Below are positions 27,461 through 33,209 of a stretch of 33,209 nt of DNA, piece after piece. The DNA comes from Promethearchaeota archaeon. GTDB lineage: Archaea > Asgardarchaeota > Lokiarchaeia > Sigyniarchaeales > SOKP01. Location of the stretch: positions 1-33,209 of the forward strand of contig JAGXNO010000039.1 of assembly GCA_019894975.1 (NCBI GenBank). Reading direction: 5' to 3'. The notes under the pieces are model-generated. The model was given only the letters and a program-made list of their open reading frames with translations. It had not been told where the DNA came from and searched no databases. The first letter of the stretch is position 1. Each line of letters starts with the position of its first letter. The position numbers were made by a program, and so were the translations under genes.

Positions 27461-28090
27461 TTATGTACCTTGAGAATGTTTTTTTAGCATTTCTTCATTC
27501 GTCTTCCCCATCTTAATAGCTAATTCTGCTATAACTGCATCCAGATATATAAAAGCGGCAATTTCAAATTGGGTTCCCTCTGGTGTAAGTACGGCAGTAT
27601 CTCCTTCTGCTTTATCCCGTTTAGTTCTTCCTTTAAGTTTAATAGTTACATCACCAAGTCTGCCAATTACTGTTTCTGGATGTGACGTTATAGTCACAAT
27701 TCCATAGGGTTTCACTGTATTCACATAATTATTTAGTAAACTTACCACAATACCAGTTGTCCCAGAACCAGAGAGTACGATTAAAATATCCTTCTTTCTA
27801 AGAGCGGGCATACTCGCAAGGTTAGTTACAATATGGACTTCAGCACCTAAATGTACTAATCTTGTGGCAAAACATTGTAATATGAAAGCACTTCTACCTG
27901 AGGCTAATAAGAAAAATCTACGTTTATTTGTTAATCCATCATGCACTAAATCTATAAATTTCTGGGTATGCTTAAAATTGGTATCGAGATGGTCAATATT
28001 AGCCTTAATATTGTTCATAATCAATTCCATTGACTGAAAGAGAACTCTCTTTGCTTCACCATTTACTACCATATCATTAGTTTTAGTCAT
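27461..28090 (-). CDS. hxlB: 6-phospho-3-hexuloisomerase (SIS domain)
   Basis: ASGRS...FATRLVHLG, LSGSGTT, ITSHPET, LTPEGTQFE, LDAVIAEL. Confidence 0.85.
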   Translation of the reverse strand: MTKTNDMVVNGEAKRVLFQSMELIMNNIKANIDHLDTNFKHTQKFIDLVHDGLTNKRRFFLLASGRSAFILQCFATRLVHLGAEVHIVTNLASMPALRKKDILIVLSGSGTTGIVVSLLNNYVNTVKPYGIVTITSHPETVIGRLGDVTIKLKGRTKRDKAEGDTAVLTPEGTQFEIAAFIYLDAVIAELAIKMGKTNEEMLKKHSQGT

Positions 28091-28230
28091 TTTTAATATG
28101 TTTTCAAATTGTTAGGGTATACTTTATATAATCATAGAAGTAAAATATACATTACGGTTTATTATTATTTCCTTACTAATATTTATAAACACCAATCCTA
28201 AAGTATTTTCTAAATTATAGATTAAAGGGA

Positions 28231-30267
28231 TTATAAATTCATTTCAGTAATGAGAAGATCTTCTTTTTTAGATGAGGATCCCATTAATATCGTATACTTT
28301 GTTTCTTTAATTTCCCAAGTTTTCGATTCTGGATTATACCATGCTAAATCCTTAACATTAACCTTAATTTCTACATTTTTTGTCTCATTAGGGTTCAAGG
28401 CAACTCTCTTAAAACCTCGCAATAATTTCTTTGGTCTTTCAACAAGTGAGTTTTCAAAACCAATATATAACTGCACGATTTCTTCTCCAGAAACATCTCC
28501 AATGTTTGTAATATCTGCTCTAGCAATTATCTCCTCGTTTTCCAACGACACCTTTAGATTTTTATATTCATATTCTGTATAGCTTAATCCAAATCCAAAA
28601 TTGAATGCGGGAATTAGATTTTCTTTCTCAAAAAGCGAATATCCATGATAATAACCGTATTCAATCTCCTCAATATCCCTCTTAAAGAATGGTAGATGAT
28701 TAGGATCTTTTGGTATTGTAAATGGCAATTTCCCGCTTGGATTAACATATCCAAAAATTATATTCGCTAGAGCATTCCCGCCTTCCATTCCGGAATACCA
28801 TGCCATTAAAATAGCAGGAATGTCATCTTTCCATTCTTCCATAACAATAGCACTTCCTCCAACCAAAGTTACAATACAATTAGGGATTAATTTTGACATT
28901 CTTTTAATTAATTCGATTTCCTGCTTGTGTAGATGAAGACTTACACGATCTCCTCCTGACTTAAAAAATGGAATATTTTCTCCCTCATCTTTATAAGTAT
29001 ATCCAACAACTACTATGACGGCATCAGCTGAAATAGCTAGATTCTCAGCAGCAGTGATGTCTGAACCATTATTATAAAGAATATTTACTTTTTCACCTAC
29101 TAGGTTTTTTAATCCTTGTAAGGGAGTAATAATATTATTTTGGCGTACATTACTACTACCATGATCCCCAGTATTTTTCATATCAGCAAGTGGACCAATA
29201 ACAGCTACAGTTTCTAATTTTTCTTCGTCAAGGGGTAGCAACTCATTCTCATTTTTTAATAGAACCATGCTCTTTTCAGCAACCTCACGAGCAAGTTGGA
29301 TATGATCTTCACAAGCAACTAAAGATTTATCATATAGCTGAGGATCTTCTTTTGTAGTATACTGAAGAACTGTATTTATAATACGTCTAACGGCCTCATC
29401 AATTAATCCCATGGGAACTTGTCCTTTTTCAACTGCTCTTTTTAATTTTTTTCCATAATACTTAGCTCGAGGCATTTCGACATCTAATCCTCCAGTAATA
29501 CCCCCTATAGTATCCTTTACTCCATACATCCAATCAGAATGAACAAATCCGGTAAAACCCCATTCTTCTTTAAGGATTTTTCTTAATAAATATGGATTTT
29601 GCCCACAAAATTGTCCTCGAAATTTATTATAAGCAGACATTACAGTTGCACACCCTTCTTCAATGCACTTTTTGTATTGTGGTAGGTAGACTTCTCTTAG
29701 AGTTCGCTCATCCATCTTTACATTAACTTTAAAACGCGAATCTTCTATACTATTTGCGATATAATGTTTGATAGTCGCCATTACATTATGCTTTTGAACA
29801 CCACGCACAAGTGCTGCACCGAATTCTCCAATATGAAAAGGGTCTTCCCCATAAGTTTCTTGAGCTCTCCCCCACGCAGGATGACGTAATAAGTTTATGC
29901 ACACTCCTCCGTATAAATTTCCTCCATGAGCCCGAACTTCTTTTCCTATGACTTCACCTACTCGTTCTTCAAGATTAATATCCCATGACGCTCCTCGAGC
30001 CATTGAAACAGGAAAACATGTTGAACCAATTATAATTACCCCTCGCGGACCATCAGTAAATAAAAATGGAGGAATTCCAAGACGTTTGACTCCTCCAGTT
30101 GGATATGCTCTATCAGCAAATTTGCGATCGGCGATTAGGAATTTAAAAAATCCTCCTCCTGCCATTTGATCTAATTTTTCTTTGAGCGTCATCTCATTTA
30201 AAGCATAATTAACAAATTCATCAATTTCCTTATCTGACATTCCTTTTTTGATTTTAATTCCATCCAT
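28231..30267 (-). CDS. Glycoside hydrolase family 3 beta-glucosidase with Fn3-like C-terminus
   Basis: FTDGPRG, WGRAQETYGEDP, IKHY, VMSAYN, GFVHSDW (nucleophile), NPSGKLPFT, FGFGLSYT. Confidence 0.93.
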   Translation of the reverse strand: MDGIKIKKGMSDKEIDEFVNYALNEMTLKEKLDQMAGGGFFKFLIADRKFADRAYPTGGVKRLGIPPFLFTDGPRGVIIIGSTCFPVSMARGASWDINLEERVGEVIGKEVRAHGGNLYGGVCINLLRHPAWGRAQETYGEDPFHIGEFGAALVRGVQKHNVMATIKHYIANSIEDSRFKVNVKMDERTLREVYLPQYKKCIEEGCATVMSAYNKFRGQFCGQNPYLLRKILKEEWGFTGFVHSDWMYGVKDTIGGITGGLDVEMPRAKYYGKKLKRAVEKGQVPMGLIDEAVRRIINTVLQYTTKEDPQLYDKSLVACEDHIQLAREVAEKSMVLLKNENELLPLDEEKLETVAVIGPLADMKNTGDHGSSNVRQNNIITPLQGLKNLVGEKVNILYNNGSDITAAENLAISADAVIVVVGYTYKDEGENIPFFKSGGDRVSLHLHKQEIELIKRMSKLIPNCIVTLVGGSAIVMEEWKDDIPAILMAWYSGMEGGNALANIIFGYVNPSGKLPFTIPKDPNHLPFFKRDIEEIEYGYYHGYSLFEKENLIPAFNFGFGLSYTEYEYKNLKVSLENEEIIARADITNIGDVSGEEIVQLYIGFENSLVERPKKLLRGFKRVALNPNETKNVEIKVNVKDLAWYNPESKTWEIKETKYTILMGSSSKKEDLLITEMNL

Positions 30268-30529
30268 TTTTAGAAATTTCTCTCAGTTTTATAAAAATAT
30301 CCCTAGTTTTGAAAATATTTAGTCATTTATTTTTATTTTGAATTAAAAGTATGCTAAAATAAGACCTACCTTTCTCAGGTTTTATAATAATAACAAATTA
30401 TACCTAATAAAAAATCAATTTACTAAACCGTTATTCTATATGTAATTTAGCGCATTTTTTTATAATCCATGATCAGTAGTCTTTTCTATTCCAACTCTTT
30501 GTAGAAAATTAAAACTAAGATGATATAAA

Positions 30530-31033
30530 ATGACAACAATAGCTGAAAATCAAGTAAAAGAATTAACTACGCGCTTTGAAACTGTACCATATGGCACTTT
30601 TTTCAAGCTTTGGTATGCTCTCCAAAAAGCACTTCCTCCAGATAAAAAGGGTGAAATCCTCACAAAAATTGGTAGAACTATTGGAAAGGAATTCGATGAA
30701 ACTGGAATTGAAACAATTGAGGATTTTATGAATGGCTTACAAAAGTTTTTAGAACAGGAATGGGCAATTACAGATAATGCTAAAATTGAAGTTGTGAAGA
30801 ATGAAAATGGTGAAGTTGAAAAATTAATAGCCAAACAAGATAGCTGTAAAATGTGCTTTGCTAACACATATTACAGATTTCATGACAATGGAAGCCCTTC
30901 ATGTATGTTTCCCCAAGTAATCATGGGTGTATTGTCAAAAGTAAAAAATAAGTTTGGTTTCAGAAATTTAAGTTATGAAGGTGTTCAGAAAGGCGACGTT
31001 GGTGTATGCGCGATGACGTGGAATGTTAAGTAG
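30530..31033 (+). CDS. Hypothetical protein, V4R-like small-ligand-binding fold
   Basis: IGRTIGKEF, CKMC, CMFPQVIMGVL and a terminal C-x-M-x-W resemble the V4R layout. Confidence 0.55.
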   Translation: MTTIAENQVKELTTRFETVPYGTFFKLWYALQKALPPDKKGEILTKIGRTIGKEFDETGIETIEDFMNGLQKFLEQEWAITDNAKIEVVKNENGEVEKLIAKQDSCKMCFANTYYRFHDNGSPSCMFPQVIMGVLSKVKNKFGFRNLSYEGVQKGDVGVCAMTWNVK

Positions 31034-31034
31034 T

Positions 31035-32558
31035 TCACTTCGACACTACTACTTTTTTATTATTTCTCTTGATCAAGTTTCTTCTTTCTAAATATTGACC
31101 ATATTCCCATAGGCGGTAACAACATTTAGCAGCAGCCTCAGTTGAATCGTAAGCTACAAAACCATGGGATAAGGATCTTGAGCGGAATTGACTATTTAAT
31201 TTTATTCCTGCACTAGACATGGTCATACTACTGGTAACACACATTAATAATTTATCTGAGTCTGGAGGTAGAGCATTAGAAAGGTCTTTCAGATAATCAT
31301 CTAAACTGTTTCCTCTTCGATAAACAATAAATTCTGGAGAAGCTCCCAAAATAATAAAGGAAAATTGTTTTTCCTCAGCTAATAGTTCTATTGTTTTTAA
31401 AGTAGCCTTCATGCTATTATTTCCTCCATATTCTAATGGATTTTTTAGGTTACTATTCACTTCAGGAATAAATTCATTGATTTTTTTATATGTGTTCTCT
31501 GAGATTCGAGGCATAATTAAACCATTCAATTCAACTTTATCTGTACTGTCTACAGCAGTACCCCCACTCATAGATAATACAGCAGTTCCCAATGTTTTTG
31601 GGATTGGATAGGTCAGGCAGGTTTGTACCATTTCTGTCAATTCTTTAAGATCATCCACAAGGATTGTCCCTGTTTGATGTGCCATTGTTTGCCAGAGTTT
31701 ATATTCTCCAGCCATTCCCCCCGTATGACTCATAACAGCTTGATGACCAGTTTGAAGCTTACCACCTTTCCAAAGTATTACGGGTTTCGTTGGAGTAATT
31801 TCTTTTAGTAAAGGTATTAATTTATTTCCATCACGTTTTAGATTCTCTACATATAACCCTATTATCTTTGTATCCGGATCATCTTTAAAATATCGAAGGA
31901 AATCAATTAAGTCTAAGTCTATTTGATTACCTAATGATATATTTTTGGAAAAATAATATCCTAAAGAAGGAGAACGCATACCATGAGCAACTGCAATACC
32001 TCCACTTTGTGAAATGAAACCAACTGAACCCTCTTCCATAAAAGGTGCCATTAAAAAAGTCATTTTACCTTTTGGATTATGAATTCCCATACAATTAGGA
32101 CCTAAGATGCGTATCCCGTATTTTGAAGCAATTTTTATTAATTCTTCTTCAAGTTTTTTTCCTGTTTTATCAAATTCAGAGTCTAATTCAGAAAAACCAC
32201 TTGAAAAAATATGAACAAAAGATACTCCTTTTTTCCCTAATTCTTCCAATATTATTGGGGTAATTTTCGCAGGTACCGCTACCATTGCTAGATCTATGGG
32301 TGAATCGTCCGGTATTGAAGATATGGACTCGTAAAACTTATATCCTGCAAGTTCTTGATCTTTATATTTTGGATTCACGGGGTAGACTGGATTAGGATAT
32401 TTACAAACTTTTAAATTTGCAACATATCGACTAATACCATCAATATTTTTTGTGGAAGCTCCAACTACAATTATAGCACGTGGATTAAAAAGACGTTCAA
32501 AAGGGATATCCTCTCTATCATAAGGAAAACATCCTTTTTTTTTTTCAGATTTAGAAAT
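31035..32558 (-). CDS. Acyl-CoA synthetase (NDP-forming) alpha-subunit-like protein; probable AUU start
   Basis: Upstream in-frame LFNPRAIIVVGAS...VYPVNPK. Also ILGPNCMG, ISQSGG, SLGNQID, phospho-His motif SHTGGMAG, NPLE. Confidence 0.88.
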   Translation of the reverse strand: MSKSEKKKGCFPYDREDIPFERLFNPRAIIVVGASTKNIDGISRYVANLKVCKYPNPVYPVNPKYKDQELAGYKFYESISSIPDDSPIDLAMVAVPAKITPIILEELGKKGVSFVHIFSSGFSELDSEFDKTGKKLEEELIKIASKYGIRILGPNCMGIHNPKGKMTFLMAPFMEEGSVGFISQSGGIAVAHGMRSPSLGYYFSKNISLGNQIDLDLIDFLRYFKDDPDTKIIGLYVENLKRDGNKLIPLLKEITPTKPVILWKGGKLQTGHQAVMSHTGGMAGEYKLWQTMAHQTGTILVDDLKELTEMVQTCLTYPIPKTLGTAVLSMSGGTAVDSTDKVELNGLIMPRISENTYKKINEFIPEVNSNLKNPLEYGGNNSMKATLKTIELLAEEKQFSFIILGASPEFIVYRRGNSLDDYLKDLSNALPPDSDKLLMCVTSSMTMSSAGIKLNSQFRSRSLSHGFVAYDSTEAAAKCCYRLWEYGQYLERRNLIKRNNKKVVVSK

Positions 32559-32771
32559 ATCAATTCACCAATTATTAACAAAAATATTATAAATTCTAAC
32601 AGTCGTTATAATAATTATAAAAATATCCCTAATTTCTGAAATATTTTGTGATTTAATACTATTTTGAATTAAGGAGAATCTTAAACTAGTTATTACATAT
32701 CAGTAATTTAGAAAAAAAGAGAAAAAAAAGGAAAAAAATATTAATATTTATCTTACCCATCAATTTACGGT

Positions 32772-32990
32772 TTACTTATATTTGATAGATAAGAGCAAGT
32801 CGTTCTTTGTAATTTTCTTTCTATTCGCATGCATGGTAAAGGTACGTGCTTGTTCAGTTAATGCGGTTGCAGTCTTTTCTAAATGATCAATTAATAAATC
32901 TACTGCGTTTCGAGCTACGATTGATGCACCCTGTTGTTTCATTAATCTCCTGATAGGAGACCATGCAAAGGAATGTTTCTTTTTAGCCAT
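32772..32990 (-). CDS. Archaeal histone (HMf-like histone fold)
   Basis: PIRRLMKQQGASIVARNAV...A...TMHANRKKITKNDL. SD GGAGG at 33000-33004. Confidence 0.93.
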   Translation of the reverse strand: MAKKKHSFAWSPIRRLMKQQGASIVARNAVDLLIDHLEKTATALTEQARTFTMHANRKKITKNDLLLSIKYK

Positions 32991-33209
32991 TTTTTTATTC
33001 CTCCAACAATTTTAGATTTAAATCTTAAAATTTAAGTTTTTTACTTTTTATTTGTTTATTTTTAAAGTGTCTTAGATAGTATAATGTCCGAAGAGTTATT
33101 TAAATGTTTTGACTAAATCAGCAGAATAGTAACAGTTAAATGAAAAAAAAATCACGACAAAAAATTATGGTTTTAATTAAAGAGTCATCACCCATGATCA
33201 TGCACTGGT

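Noticed and set aside
1015-31808. Short antisense or overlapping track ORFs (1015-1224, 1918-2301, 3295-3480, 5037-5315, 5044-5277, 9922-10221, 10273-10476, 10594-10800, 11197-11388, 12424-12777, 16245-16472, 18334-18519, 20730-20927, 23475-23732, 28250-28582, 29948-30169, 30550-30867, 31411-31611, 31623-31808)
   Set aside because: They overlap well-supported genes or RNA elements and carry no recognisable motifs. The similarity between the antisense ORFs in the two selD genes only mirrors the paralogy.
33160-33209. Possible gene end or palindrome (CATGATCATG) at the right edge
   Set aside because: There is too little sequence to assign a frame or function.

Overview
This is an AT-rich archaeal chromosomal window. 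The gene content points to a Lokiarchaeia-type Asgard archaeon (inference): an archaeal histone, NOG1, eS30, MfnE/MfnF, Sec-containing SelD with eukaryote-type 3'UTR SECIS elements, and HEAT/PCI and MIT-like proteins. The main find is the ribosomal protein eS30 gene (5882-6119, +). It is interrupted by a 31-nt insertion that shifts the frame and contains a stop codon. The insertion folds into an archaeal bulge-helix-loop splice motif, and cutting it at the standard positions restores the conserved HGSLTKAGKV motif exactly. It is therefore a candidate mRNA intron spliced by the tRNA endonuclease in an Asgard protein-coding gene. The window also has: a tRNA-Trp(CCA) with two introns (37/38, and a perfect BHB at 59/60); two tandem selD paralogues, each with an in-frame UGA (Sec18) and its own SECIS carrying an extra hairpin; three genes whose conserved N-termini require AUU/AUA starts; an unannotated 49-aa zinc-ribbon protein; a HEAT-PCI-Ig-like protein; and a type II pantothenate kinase. 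The remaining genes are ordinary metabolic ones (asd, hxlB, GH3, acyl-CoA enzymes). All calls come from reading motifs by eye; no database searches were run.
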